64,000 nt of DNA from an uncultured bacterium (GTDB taxonomy: Bacteria; Desulfobacterota_D; UBA1144): NCBI GenBank assembly GCA_913050325.1, contig CAJWZP010000005.1, forward strand, positions 45,092 through 109,091, written 5' to 3'. The notes beneath the pieces are model-generated. The model was given only the letters and a program-made list of their open reading frames with translations. It had not been told where the DNA came from and searched no databases. Of this stretch, positions 1 through 9,681 are shown piece by piece. Every line of letters begins with the position of its first letter. The stretch's first letter is position 1. The translations under genes and the position numbers were made by a program.

Positions 1-951
1 CTCTCCATAAATAAGTAATTTTTTTTTATTTTTATAATCAACCAAATTAAAATTTTTATCCATTACTAATGCACTATTAAAGTAGTCTTCTTCTTTTTTA
101 GTAATACTACCAAAAATTATTTTATTGAATTTAAAATCTATTCTGTTTCTTAAGAAATTTAGATTATTTTTAATATTAAGATCTATAAATTCAATTGAAC
201 TTTCAGGCCATATATATAAATCAACATTGTCTGTATTTTCTGAGCTTAATTTGATAAGGTTTTCTTTTTTATTATTTGGTTGAATTATGGATATTTTTAA
301 ACTTTCAGATGTTTTGATTAAATATTCTTTTTGAACTAATAGTTTATCGCTATAAATAAATAGAACCATTATTGTACAAAAGAAATAAAAGATTTTTATC
401 TTTTTTAATTTATATAGTTCAAAAAATATTATATTGATAATAAGAATAAAAATTGATAAGAAATTTATTCCAAAAAATGAAATCATTTGATTTAAGGGAT
501 AAAATAATATTTGTGTATTTCCAAGCTTATAGGGGAAAATTCTTGGAAAAATATTTTCTACTATAATCCAAAAAAATATTATTAATAAATAATTTATAAG
601 TAAATTTTCTTTACTCTTATCTATTAATTTTTTTGAAAAAACAAAAAGTATTATAAAAAATATTGATTCATAGCTAGCATATAAAATATGTACGATTAAT
701 GCTTGGTATGTTGGAATTTTTCCTAAAGATATTAAAGTTTCAGTTAGCCAATATTGCCCAATCAAAATTGACAATAAACCAAATAAAAAACCTAAAAGTA
801 CCGGATTGTATTTTCTGATTGTTAACAAATAAAGGATTATTGAAAAAAAGATCCAATTTAGTGGAAAAAGATTAAAACTAATAAAAGGTATCACATAAAG
901 AGTTATTGATAGCAATAACAGGAATACATCATTTTTTATAATAGTTCTCAT
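1..951 (-). CDS. lnt: apolipoprotein N-acyltransferase (Lnt), C-terminus outside window
   Basis: Absent from the ORF track because it runs off the window edge. A reverse-strand ATG at 951..949 opens a frame that I checked codon by codon to stay open to position 1 (317 codons). The N-terminal half is polytopic (MRTIIKNDVFLLLLSITLYVIPF...). It is followed by CN-hydrolase-type Lnt motifs: ...DLYIWPESSIEF..., ...DYFNSALVM..., ...DYKNKKKLLIYGE (cf. Lnt WPE / NS / Y-x-K-x-x-L-V-P-F-G-E). Confidence 0.7.
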   Translation of the reverse strand, partial: MRTIIKNDVFLLLLSITLYVIPFISFNLFPLNWIFFSIILYLLTIRKYNPVLLGFLFGLLSILIGQYWLTETLISLGKIPTYQALIVHILYASYESIFFIILFVFSKKLIDKSKENLLINYLLIIFFWIIVENIFPRIFPYKLGNTQILFYPLNQMISFFGINFLSIFILIINIIFFELYKLKKIKIFYFFCTIMVLFIYSDKLLVQKEYLIKTSESLKISIIQPNNKKENLIKLSSENTDNVDLYIWPESSIEFIDLNIKNNLNFLRNRIDFKFNKIIFGSITKKEEDYFNSALVMDKNFNLVDYKNKKKLLIYGE

Positions 952-990
952 CTTATTTAACATAATTCATATTCTGGTAAATTATATTAT

Positions 991-1587
991 ATGATTAATT
1001 CGCCTGTACTAGTATTAAATCGATTTTTTTTTCCAATCGATACAACAAATGTTAAAAGAGCTTTTCTAATGTTATATGGTGGAGCGGCAAAAGCAGTTAA
1101 TTTAAATTATGAAACCTTTGATTTTAACTCCTGGAGCGAGATATCTACAAAGCATGATGATGATTCTATAAAAACTGTTTCTGCAATAATAAAGATACCA
1201 AGGGTAATAATGGTTATTAGATATGATAAAGTTCCAAGTAAGGAAGTAAGGTTTAATAGATATAATATTTTTAAAAGAGATAAGTCTACATGCCAATATT
1301 GTGGTACATCACTCCCTAAATCTGAATTAACGATAGATCATATTTTACCAAAATCATTAGGCGGTAAAACTACATGGGAGAATGTTGTATGTGCATGTTC
1401 AAAATGTAATAGAAAAAAAGGTTGCAAAACCTTATTAGCTTCTAATATGAAGCTTATGAACAAACCTATAAAACCTACTTGGGAATTATTATCAAATTTA
1501 TATATTAGGACTACTACGTATAAGGAATGGAAGCCTTTTTTGAATTTCGTAGATGCATCATATTGGAATGTAGAGCTTGAAAATTAA
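991..1587 (+). CDS. HNH endonuclease family protein (McrA-like HNH domain, unassigned N-terminal domain)
   Basis: C-terminal HNH/zinc motif: CQYCG...TIDHILPKSLGGKTTWENVVCACSKCNRKK. The N-terminal ~95 aa carry no motif I recognise. Confidence 0.8.
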   Translation: MINSPVLVLNRFFFPIDTTNVKRAFLMLYGGAAKAVNLNYETFDFNSWSEISTKHDDDSIKTVSAIIKIPRVIMVIRYDKVPSKEVRFNRYNIFKRDKSTCQYCGTSLPKSELTIDHILPKSLGGKTTWENVVCACSKCNRKKGCKTLLASNMKLMNKPIKPTWELLSNLYIRTTTYKEWKPFLNFVDASYWNVELEN

Positions 1588-1593
1588 AATTTA

Positions 1594-1626
1594 TTGACAA
1601 AGGTTAATAATTCGTAAAAATATATA
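1594..1626 (+). promoter_or_regulatory. possible sigma70-type promoter for rplU-rpmA
   Basis: Perfect TTGACA at 1594..1599. The -10 candidates are only A/T-rich (AAAATA/AAATAT at 17-18 nt spacing, TATATA at 21 nt), so the spacing is ambiguous. A GGAGG RBS lies at 1632..1636, 7 nt before the rplU ATG. Confidence 0.3.
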
Positions 1627-1643
1627 TCTTCGGAGGATTTGCA

Positions 1644-1955
1644 ATGAATGCTGTTATTATTTCTGGTGGAAAACAATTTTATGTTCAAGAAGGGGATATC
1701 ATTGAAGTAGAAAAAACAATTGATGAGCCAGGGGCTGAGATACAATTTGATAAAGTTCTATTATTAGCAGATTCTAATGATGTAATTTCTGACCCAAATC
1801 TATTAAAATCCGCAAAAGTAAAGGCAAAAGTTTTGGCTAAAACAAAAGGTAAGAAAATAAAAGTTTTTAAATTTAGAAGAAGACAAGATTCTAAGACTTT
1901 AAATGGCCATAGACAAAGTCTTCAAAAGATTGAAATATTATCAATAACAAAATAA
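1644..1955 (+). CDS. rplU: 50S ribosomal protein L21
   Basis: N-terminus MNAVIISGGKQFYVQEGD matches the L21 signature (M-Y-A-V-I-x-x-G-G-K-Q). Size is 103 aa. It is followed by rpmA, the conserved pairing. Confidence 0.95.
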   Translation: MNAVIISGGKQFYVQEGDIIEVEKTIDEPGAEIQFDKVLLLADSNDVISDPNLLKSAKVKAKVLAKTKGKKIKVFKFRRRQDSKTLNGHRQSLQKIEILSITK

Positions 1956-1964
1956 GGAGAATTT

Positions 1965-2216
1965 ATGTCAACTAAAAAAGGTGGCGGTAGCACTAAGAAC
2001 GGAAGAGATAGTATAGGAAAAAGACTTGGCGTCAAATTGTTTGGTGGTCAAAAAGTTAAATGTGGTGGCATTATTGTTCGTCAACGTGGAACAAAGTTTT
2101 ATCCTGGAAAAAATGTAGGTCTTTCCAGAGATCATTCAATCTACGCTTTAATTGATGGTCAAGTAAAATTTGAAAAAAAAGGTAAATCAAAAGTTTTTGT
2201 TAGTGTTTCCCAGTAA
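1965..2216 (+). CDS. rpmA: 50S ribosomal protein L27
   Basis: [26 protein letters not shown]... is the typical L27 N-terminus; 83 aa. Confidence 0.95.
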   Translation: MSTKKGGGSTKNGRDSIGKRLGVKLFGGQKVKCGGIIVRQRGTKFYPGKNVGLSRDHSIYALIDGQVKFEKKGKSKVFVSVSQ

Positions 2217-2266
2217 AAAATAATTGAGATTCCATCTATACCTAATAACCTATATAATATTCTAAA

Positions 2267-4873
2267 ATGAATTCTGATGAAATAAGAGAAAGGTTTTTAA
2301 GTTTTTTTACAACTAATAACCATAAGCAAGTAAATAGTTCAGGTCTTATACCTAATGAGGATCCTACTTTATTATTCACAAATGCTGGAATGGTTCAATT
2401 TAAGGATACTTTTCTTGGAAATGATAATCGAGATTATACGAAAGCTTGTTCATGCCAAAAAAGTTTACGGGCAGGTGGAAAGCATAACGACTTAGAGAAT
2501 GTTGGAAGAACTAGAAGACACCATACATTTTTTGAAATGCTGGGAAATTTTTCCTTTGGTGATTATTTTAAGGAAGATGCTATTAAATATGCATGGATTT
2601 TTTTAACTGAGGAACTGAAAATATCCTCAGAAAAATTATATGTAACAGTTTTTGAAAATGATGATGAGGCTGAAGAAATTTGGTCAAAATATATAGATAA
2701 AAAAAGAATTTTTAGATTAGGTGAAAAAGATAATTTTTGGTCAATGGGAGAAACAGGACCCTGTGGACCGTGCTCAGAAATTATATACGATATGGGTAAT
2801 CTGCTTCAGGATCGTGATGAAATAGATATTTGTGACGGAGAAAGATATCTTGAAATTTGGAATTTAGTTTTTATGCAATTTGATAGGGATACAGAGGGTA
2901 ATTTAAAAAAATTACCTAGACCCAGTATAGATACTGGTATGGGTTTAGAAAGATTAGCATCAATATTGCAAAATGTAGATAGCAATTATGATACAGATCT
3001 TTTTAAGGATTTAATTAATTTTTCAAGTGTAGCTAAAGGAGTAGAATACGGTAAAAATAATGAATTTGATGTCTCATTTAGAGTATTAGCTGATCATGCA
3101 AGAGCTGCGACTTTTTTAATTTCTGATGGAGTTATACCTTCAAGTGAGGGAAGAGGGTATGTTTTGAGACGAATCTTAAGACGTGCAATTAGACATTATA
3201 AAAAATTAAATATTAATGAACCTTATCTTTTTAAGTTATCAGAATTAGTAATTAATAAAATGAAACCATTTTATATTGAACTTGAAAAAAATAAAGAAAA
3301 TATACTTTCTATGATTAAAATTGAGGAACAAAAATTCCTTGCAACTATAGATAAAGGATTAGACCTCTTAAATGATTATTTGGAACTCGCAAAGGATACT
3401 AAAATTTTATCTGGTAAAAACATTTTTAAATTATACGACACATTTGGTTTTCCTGTTGATTTAATTGAAGATATTTTAAAATCTAGTGATATAAAAATGG
3501 ATATTGAAGGCTATGAAGAAGAAATGCTAATTCAAAGAAAATCTTCTAAAGTTTCTTCTAAATTTAAATCTACGATTAGTGAAAATCTTAATTTATCTCA
3601 AATATCTAGTAAAGTCACCGACGGATTTGTTGGTTATGATAGTTTTGAGTCCGAATCAAAAATTATCGGTATTATCAAAGATAATGAAATCGTTGAAAAT
3701 TCTATGCAAAACGAAAAGGTATTGATTATTTTTGATAAAACCCCTTTTTATGGTGAAAGTGGTGGACAAATTGGTGATAAAGGTAATGCAACTTCAAACA
3801 AAGTAGAAATAGAAATTTTTGATACACAAAAAACCAAAGATGGCTTAATACTTCATAATTCTATAATTAAAAAAGGTAATATTAGTAATGGCGATACTCT
3901 TACGTTAAATATTAATTCTAGACTGAGAAAATCAATTTCCCAACATCATTCAGCAACACATATTTTACATTATGCATTGAGAAAAATTCTGGGTTCACAT
4001 GTTCGGCAGGCAGGTTCGCTGGTTGAAAGTAACAGGTTAAGATTTGACTTCAGCCATTTTAACAACATAGATAATGAGCAACTTCTCCAGATTGAAAAAG
4101 AATGTAATCTAAAAATTTTAGAAAATTCAGTAATAAAAATAGATGAAAATGTTCCATATAAAAAAGCCATTAAAAATGGAGCAAATGCTTTTTTTGAAGA
4201 GAAATATGGAGAATTTGTAAGAGTAGTAAATATTGGAGATTATAGTATGGAATTATGTGGTGGAACACATGTAGATAGATCTGGTGACTTAGGATTTATT
4301 TCAATTTATTCAGAGGGCTCTATATCATCAGGAATTAGAAGAATTGAAGCATACACCTCAACTACTGCTTTGAATTTTTATTTATCAATGAAAGATAATA
4401 TTAATAATTCTGCAAAATTACTTAATTCTTCATCAGAAAATATAAATAATGAAATAAGAAGAATTATGAAAGAAAATGTCGAACTGAAGAATAAAATTAA
4501 TGCCTTTGAAAAAAATAAAACCCAAGATCTTGCTACAGATTTAAAATTAAATCCAATCTTATATAATGGAATAAAGATTATTTCTTTTTTAACGTCTGAT
4601 ACTAGTCCCAATGATTTAAAAAGTATATGGGATAATATTAAGAAAGCTGAAAATAATATTATTGGTATTTTTGCATCTAATAATGAAAATAAAACTGTTT
4701 TAATTTGTGCTGCAAAATTAGATCAAAAAGATTTTAAATGTAATCAAGCTATTAATATAATTTCAGAGAAATTTAATGGCAAAGGTGGTGGGAAAAAAGA
4801 TCTTGCTCAAGCTGGATGTGACAAAATAGATAGTTTAGATAATGCAATAGATATTGTTAAAAATCTGCTTTAA
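2267..4873 (+). CDS. alaS: alanine--tRNA ligase
   Basis: 868 aa. Class II AlaRS motifs FTNAGMVQFKD and RHHTFFEMLGNFSFGDYFK; editing-domain HxxxH (QHHSATHILH...) and CGGTHV. Confidence 0.97.
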   Translation: MNSDEIRERFLSFFTTNNHKQVNSSGLIPNEDPTLLFTNAGMVQFKDTFLGNDNRDYTKACSCQKSLRAGGKHNDLENVGRTRRHHTFFEMLGNFSFGDYFKEDAIKYAWIFLTEELKISSEKLYVTVFENDDEAEEIWSKYIDKKRIFRLGEKDNFWSMGETGPCGPCSEIIYDMGNLLQDRDEIDICDGERYLEIWNLVFMQFDRDTEGNLKKLPRPSIDTGMGLERLASILQNVDSNYDTDLFKDLINFSSVAKGVEYGKNNEFDVSFRVLADHARAATFLISDGVIPSSEGRGYVLRRILRRAIRHYKKLNINEPYLFKLSELVINKMKPFYIELEKNKENILSMIKIEEQKFLATIDKGLDLLNDYLELAKDTKILSGKNIFKLYDTFGFPVDLIEDILKSSDIKMDIEGYEEEMLIQRKSSKVSSKFKSTISENLNLSQISSKVTDGFVGYDSFESESKIIGIIKDNEIVENSMQNEKVLIIFDKTPFYGESGGQIGDKGNATSNKVEIEIFDTQKTKDGLILHNSIIKKGNISNGDTLTLNINSRLRKSISQHHSATHILHYALRKILGSHVRQAGSLVESNRLRFDFSHFNNIDNEQLLQIEKECNLKILENSVIKIDENVPYKKAIKNGANAFFEEKYGEFVRVVNIGDYSMELCGGTHVDRSGDLGFISIYSEGSISSGIRRIEAYTSTTALNFYLSMKDNINNSAKLLNSSSENINNEIRRIMKENVELKNKINAFEKNKTQDLATDLKLNPILYNGIKIISFLTSDTSPNDLKSIWDNIKKAENNIIGIFASNNENKTVLICAAKLDQKDFKCNQAINIISEKFNGKGGGKKDLAQAGCDKIDSLDNAIDIVKNLL

Positions 4874-5756
4874 TTCCCATTTTAGTAAGTATTTTCCTTA
4901 TTTTAGTAATCGCACTTTTTTCTATTTGCCTTACCCTTTCTCTTGAAATTTTAAATTGTTTTCCAATATCTTCGAGCGTTTTTTGATTTTCTGTTAGTAA
5001 CCTGTTTTCAATTATAAATTTTTCCCTTTCATCAAGTTTTGATAGTGCTTTTTCTAAGCCTTTTTTTAAACTCGAACTTTGTTGATTATCGATTGATATT
5101 TCTTCTTGTGATTTTTGATTTGATTCTAAAAAATCTAATTTTGTTTGAGGTTCACCCTCTATTATTTGTTCATCTAATGAAAATTCTTTACCACTCATAC
5201 GTAAATCCATTTCTCTAATTTCTTTAATAGAAATTTTTAAATCATCTGATAATGTTTTGTAATAATCCTCTCTTGTCATATTTCCTTTATCATATTTATT
5301 TTTTGCTGATCTAATCTTGTAAAAAAGTTTTCTTTGAGCCTGAGTTGTTCCTATCTTTATCAAACTCCAATTTTTCATTATAAAATTTTGAATATAAGCT
5401 CTTATCCACCATACACCATATGATATTAATCTGTATCTTTTGGTGGGATCAAATTTAGTAATTGCTTTCATTAGGCCCAAATTACCTTCTTGAATAATAT
5501 CCATAATGTTTAATCCATAGTTTTTATATTCAATAGCAATTTTAACTACAAACTTTAAATTTGATGTTATCAGTTTTCTTGCAGATTCAACATTACCTGT
5601 TTCCTTATAATCTAGAGCGTATTTCATTTCTTGTTCTTTTGTTAAAATTTTATAATTACTTATTTCAGCCAAGTATTTTTCTAGAGAATTGGCCGGAACA
5701 GGAAGATTTTTATTATCTTTTCTAATTAATTCTTGGTTTTTCTTTTTATTCATCAA
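4857..5756 (-). CDS. rpoH: RNA polymerase sigma-32 (heat-shock) factor
   Basis: Sigma70-family regions 2-4 (IQEGNLGLMKAITKFDP; ...ISRERVRQIEKSA). RpoH-box-like TTQAQRKLFYKIRSAK (cf. Q(R/K)KLFFNLR). Confidence 0.85.
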   Translation of the reverse strand: MMNKKKNQELIRKDNKNLPVPANSLEKYLAEISNYKILTKEQEMKYALDYKETGNVESARKLITSNLKFVVKIAIEYKNYGLNIMDIIQEGNLGLMKAITKFDPTKRYRLISYGVWWIRAYIQNFIMKNWSLIKIGTTQAQRKLFYKIRSAKNKYDKGNMTREDYYKTLSDDLKISIKEIREMDLRMSGKEFSLDEQIIEGEPQTKLDFLESNQKSQEEISIDNQQSSSLKKGLEKALSKLDEREKFIIENRLLTENQKTLEDIGKQFKISRERVRQIEKSAITKIRKILTKMGIKADF

Positions 5757-5806
5757 TTAAATTCATTATACTTTTTTAACTTATTATTTGAAAGCGTTAT
5801 ACAAGC

Positions 5807-5835
5807 TTGACTGTTTGTCACATATATTATAAATT
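5807..5835 (+). promoter_or_regulatory. possible promoter for tRNA-Asn
   Basis: TTGACT at 5807..5812, followed by TATAAA (15-nt spacer) or TAAATT (17-nt spacer). A start site here would lie about 15-20 nt upstream of the tRNA 5' end. Confidence 0.3.
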
Positions 5836-5854
5836 CTTATCTTTATACATTTAA

Positions 5855-5926
5855 TCCGGAGTAGCTCAGCGGCAGAGCAGGTGACTGTTAATCACTTGGT
5901 CGGGGGTTCAAATCCCTCCTCCGGAG
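5855..5926 (+). tRNA. tRNA-Asn (anticodon GTT)
   Basis: Hand-folded cloverleaf. Acceptor TCCGGAG/CTCCGGA, D-arm GCTCAGCGGCAGAGC, anticodon loop CT-GTT-AA, T-arm GGGGG-TTCAAAT-CCCTC, discriminator G. CCA is not encoded. Confidence 0.9.
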
Positions 5927-5949
5927 CGTATATAATAAAGGAGATTCTT

Positions 5950-6342
5950 ATGGCGAAATATACACTTTACACAGGATTATCATTGATAATATTAGGCCTG
6001 TATGGTTATTTTTCTTATAATACAATTACAGTCTTAATACCTGCTTTTATAGGATTGGTCATATCTTTCCTAGGGATTTTGTCTTTCAATGAAAATAGAA
6101 AAAAATTAGTTATACATATCACAGCAGTTGTAGTAATTATAGGTCTTTCTGCTAGTGCTAAATCTTTACCATCAATTCCAGGTTTAATCGATTGTTTTAA
6201 TACTCCAGGTTTAGAAATTATTAATTGTTCAAAATTTCAAAGACCATTGGCTGAACTATTTAAGTCAATAATGTCTTTAATTTTAATACCTTATTTATTG
6301 GTTTCAATTTCTTTCTTTGTAAAAGCTAGATTATCTAAATAA
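5950..6342 (+). CDS. small integral membrane protein (about 4 TM), function unknown
   Basis: The track ORF 5881..6342 begins inside the tRNA. The in-frame ATG at 5950 is preceded by AAGGAG (5938..5943). The product MAKYTLYTGLSLIILGLYGYF... is hydrophobic throughout. Confidence 0.6.
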   Translation: MAKYTLYTGLSLIILGLYGYFSYNTITVLIPAFIGLVISFLGILSFNENRKKLVIHITAVVVIIGLSASAKSLPSIPGLIDCFNTPGLEIINCSKFQRPLAELFKSIMSLILIPYLLVSISFFVKARLSK

Positions 6343-6369
6343 GATTAATTATTTGGTATAGTTTATAGT

Positions 6370-6819
6370 ATGGCTCAAAAAGGTAATAAGAATATTGTAG
6401 TTTCTGATATAAAGCCCATAGGTAGTAAAAAAGGAGTTCAACTTCCTTTTTTTACTGCCCGTGTACAAGCTGGTTTTCCTTCGCCAGGTGACGATTATAT
6501 TGAAAAAAATCTAGATTTAAATGAATTATTAATAAAAAATCCTTCAGCTACTTTTTTTGTTAAAGTTGAAGGTGATTCAATGTCGGATATAAGGATACAA
6601 ACTGGGGATACATTAATAGTTGATAGAGCATTAGAAGCGAAAGACAAAAACATTGTTATTGCAACAATCAATGGTGAATTAACAGTAAAAAGGGTTTGGA
6701 TTGCTAACAATAAAGTTTTTTTAAAGCCTGAGAATGATAAATTTTCTCCTATAGAAATTACTGAGGAAATGGATTTTGACATATGGGGAGTAGTAACCTA
6801 TGTGATTCATAAACTTTAA
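6370..6819 (+). CDS. umuD: translesion-synthesis protein UmuD (S24 LexA-like self-cleaving peptidase)
   Basis: Cleavage-site motif [10 protein letters not shown] (Ala-Gly), Ser nucleophile in EGDSM, Lys in ELTVKR. There is no N-terminal HTH domain, so it is UmuD rather than LexA. umuC follows 1 nt downstream. Confidence 0.85.
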   Translation: MAQKGNKNIVVSDIKPIGSKKGVQLPFFTARVQAGFPSPGDDYIEKNLDLNELLIKNPSATFFVKVEGDSMSDIRIQTGDTLIVDRALEAKDKNIVIATINGELTVKRVWIANNKVFLKPENDKFSPIEITEEMDFDIWGVVTYVIHKL

Positions 6820-6820
6820 T

Positions 6821-8095
6821 ATGAATAATTATATAGCCTTGATAGATTGTAATAATTTTTATGCTTCCTGTGAACGAGTTTTTAATCCTAAGCTTAAAAA
6901 TAAACCAATTGTAGTATTATCCAATAATGATGGGTGTATTATTGCACGATCTAATGAGGCAAAGAATTTAGGTATTAAAATGGGTGAACCACTATTTAAA
7001 TGTAAATCGATAATTAAATCTAACAAAGTAAATATCTTTTCATCAAACTACACTCTTTACGCTGATATGTCTAATAGAGTGATGAATATTATTAAAGATC
7101 AGTTTTTAAATACTGAGATATATTCTATTGATGAGGCATTTATTTCCTTTAATGGTAAAAGTATTAATGATATTGAAGACAAGTTTGTAAATTTAAGAAG
7201 AAAAATATATAAATGGACAGGGATACCTGTATCTATTGGAATATCCTCAACAAAGACTTTAGCTAAAGTGGCTAACAAAATTGCAAAAAAAGAATCCGGA
7301 GTTTTTTTTATATCTAGCCATGATTCAAAAGAAAAAATTTTAAAGGAACTGCCTATAGGTTCAGTATGGGGGATAGGGCGAAAATTAGAACAAAGGTTTC
7401 TTGCCATGGGAATTCTAAATGCATACCAGCTGAGTAAAATGGATAATAAAAATATTAGAAAAATAACAAATATTAATATTTTAAGAACTGCAATGGAACT
7501 TAACGGAGTTAATTGTATCGATATCGATACATCTCCAATTAGCAAGAAACAAATAACAACATCTAGAGCTTTTAGTAAAAATATTACTGAATTAAAGTAT
7601 CTTGAAGAAGCTGTTTCATTATATGTTTCAAGGGCTGCAGAAAAATTAAGGTTTCAGAAATCAAAATGTTATATAATTACTGTTGCATTATCGACTAACA
7701 GGTTTGACCGTCAAAATATTCATAAATTTTTATTAAATAGTCATTCTTTTAATTCTTCAACAAATTCAACATCAAAATTAATTTCCGCTGCAAAAAAAAT
7801 ATTAAAAAATATTTATCAAAGTGGCTTATTTTATAAAAAAGCATATGTTTTCTTATCAGGTTTAGAAAACTCTGAATCAAAACAATATACATTTTCTGAT
7901 GATATAATGATGATAAAGAAAGATGATAATCTAATGAAAACATTTGATAAGATAAATAAATCTTTTGGAAGTGATACCATTAAATATGCAAATACTGGAA
8001 TCTCAAGAGATTGGTTTATGAAAAGGGAAAAAAAATCTAATAGATATACAACTAATTGGAATGAGATTTTGAAAATTAACTTAAAGAACAATTAA
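6821..8095 (+). CDS. umuC: Y-family DNA polymerase V catalytic subunit UmuC
   Basis: [31 protein letters not shown] motifs of UmuC/DinB-type polymerases; 424 aa; paired with umuD. Confidence 0.88.
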   Translation: MNNYIALIDCNNFYASCERVFNPKLKNKPIVVLSNNDGCIIARSNEAKNLGIKMGEPLFKCKSIIKSNKVNIFSSNYTLYADMSNRVMNIIKDQFLNTEIYSIDEAFISFNGKSINDIEDKFVNLRRKIYKWTGIPVSIGISSTKTLAKVANKIAKKESGVFFISSHDSKEKILKELPIGSVWGIGRKLEQRFLAMGILNAYQLSKMDNKNIRKITNINILRTAMELNGVNCIDIDTSPISKKQITTSRAFSKNITELKYLEEAVSLYVSRAAEKLRFQKSKCYIITVALSTNRFDRQNIHKFLLNSHSFNSSTNSTSKLISAAKKILKNIYQSGLFYKKAYVFLSGLENSESKQYTFSDDIMMIKKDDNLMKTFDKINKSFGSDTIKYANTGISRDWFMKREKKSNRYTTNWNEILKINLKNN

Positions 8096-8497
8096 TAAAA
8101 TGGTTAAAGTTTTAAATAGCCACAAAAAAACTCTATAAATATTCTTATTAACTAAATTATCAATTTCTAAAGTATTTTTTCCCAAAGAAAGTTTATTGTG
8201 CGTTGGAACTTGATATATAAATGTGACAGTCCATATTAAAAATACAAAAAAAAGATTAAGCAAAGAAAGAATACCAAAATAGTAAAAGCAAATTATAATT
8301 GAGGTGAATGCTTCAATTGTCATTAATGGTATTACAATAAAAGAAATATTTTTAGTATGGAATTTGTGAAAATCTATAAAAACATTTTCATTAATAAAAT
8401 GGAAAGATTTATAATGTACAAAATGGATAATTAATATAAGACCTAATAAAATCGCCGATGATAATAGGTTTGCGTAAAATAATATAAGAAAATTCAT
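8081..8497 (-). CDS. small 4-TM membrane protein, DUF1772-like (tentative)
   Basis: Hydrophobic 138 aa. YQVPTHNKL resembles the V-P-x-N-x-x-L motif I recall for DUF1772/anthrone-oxygenase-like proteins (unverified). Its start overlaps the stop of the upstream gene (ATGA at 8494..8497). Confidence 0.55.
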   Translation of the reverse strand: MNFLILFYANLLSSAILLGLILIIHFVHYKSFHFINENVFIDFHKFHTKNISFIVIPLMTIEAFTSIIICFYYFGILSLLNLFFVFLIWTVTFIYQVPTHNKLSLGKNTLEIDNLVNKNIYRVFLWLFKTLTILLIVL

Positions 8498-9681
8498 AAC
8501 TCTAGATCCTCAATAAGATTGTCGGCCGATTCAATAGATCCATTAATAGATGGTGTAGATAAGAAATCACCTGAAAAGTAAATTTTATTTGTATATTTTA
8601 TATAAGATTTATTTTTAAATTTATAAAATTTATCAATATATGGTAATGCTTTTTTTATATTAAAAGATTGAATTAATTCCAAAGAGTTCACATTTTTAAA
8701 ATAACTAATAAATTCATTTTTAATATCATTATAATTATCACAATTTAATGAAGAAATTGACACTAAATAATTATCACCATTTTTTTTGCTAAAATACAGG
8801 CTACTAATTATATTAGAATCAGGAAATAAATAGATAATATTTTCAGAAATATTATTAATATTTACTACTAAATAATAATTAAAAGTTTTTTTATATTGAA
8901 TATCTTTAAATATTTGAACATTAATATCATCATCCATTAAGCTTTCCAAGGAAGGGTCAGTACAGAATAATCTACGAAAAGAAATTTCATTTTTTTTCGA
9001 ATCAATAATGCTATTTTCATTAATCTTAATTATTTTATTGTTCAATTCTATCTTATTTTTATTTAATTTATTTGATAAAAGAGTTGCTAGCGAATTTATC
9101 CCCCCAATTGGTATTCCAACATTACTTTTTGCAAATAATTTATAAATAAACAAAAAGTATTCCAATGGTATTTGAAGATTCTTATCAAGAAAAACTCCTT
9201 GAAAAAAGGATTTAAAAAAATCATTAATAAATTTTTTTGAAAAACCTAAATTTGTTAAATATTTAACTACGTTAAGATTTTTACTTTTTTCATTTTTTAA
9301 GAAAAGTACAATTAATAACAATTTATCTTTAATTGAAAAATCAGGAAAACTACTATTTTTTAAAAATCCAATTGGGTTTTTTATCGGATTTAGAATCTTA
9401 TAGAAATTTTTGTTTTTATTAATTATAAAACCAGACTCAAAACGTTTTATTTTGATATTTTTAATTTCTGGAAATATTTTAAATGCGGGATAATCTTCAA
9501 TTATAATTTGAAACCCAACATCTAAGTCATATTCACCATGTTTGATTGTTTCTAATTTACCTCCTATGTTAGATCTAGAATCAAAGATAAGATAAGGTAT
9601 TTTTTTTTCTTCTAATAGTCTTGCAATTGTTAAGCCGCTTATACCTGCTCCGATAATTATATTCTCTATATATTTTCTCAT
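8494..9681 (-). CDS. NAD(P)/FAD-dependent oxidoreductase, amine-oxidase / protoporphyrinogen-oxidase-like fold
   Basis: Rossmann dinucleotide motif IIIGAGISGLTIARLL...FDSRSNIGGK. I chose the ATG at 9681 (MRKYIEN...) because it forms an ATGA overlap with the upstream stop. The track start at 9735 would add 18 aa. Confidence 0.7.
   Translation of the reverse strand: MRKYIENIIIGAGISGLTIARLLEEKKIPYLIFDSRSNIGGKLETIKHGEYDLDVGFQIIIEDYPAFKIFPEIKNIKIKRFESGFIINKNKNFYKILNPIKNPIGFLKNSSFPDFSIKDKLLLIVLFLKNEKSKNLNVVKYLTNLGFSKKFINDFFKSFFQGVFLDKNLQIPLEYFLFIYKLFAKSNVGIPIGGINSLATLLSNKLNKNKIELNNKIIKINENSIIDSKKNEISFRRLFCTDPSLESLMDDDINVQIFKDIQYKKTFNYYLVVNINNISENIIYLFPDSNIISSLYFSKKNGDNYLVSISSLNCDNYNDIKNEFISYFKNVNSLELIQSFNIKKALPYIDKFYKFKNKSYIKYTNKIYFSGDFLSTPSINGSIESADNLIEDLEL

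Noticed and set aside
5881-5949. N-terminal 23 codons of track ORF 5881..6342 (MTVNHLVGGSNPSSGAYIIKEIL)
   Set aside because: This stretch is the 3' half of tRNA-Asn read as protein. A proper RBS plus ATG occurs at 5950.
6343-6369. LexA/SOS operator upstream of umuD
   Set aside because: No CTGT-N8-ACAG, GAAC-N4-GTTC or GTTC-N7-GTTC pattern is present.
7099-7545. 148-aa minus-strand ORF (and 7749..7943, 7831..8091) inside umuC
   Set aside because: Antisense to umuC, which has clear Y-family polymerase motifs. These are open frames produced by the AT-rich composition.
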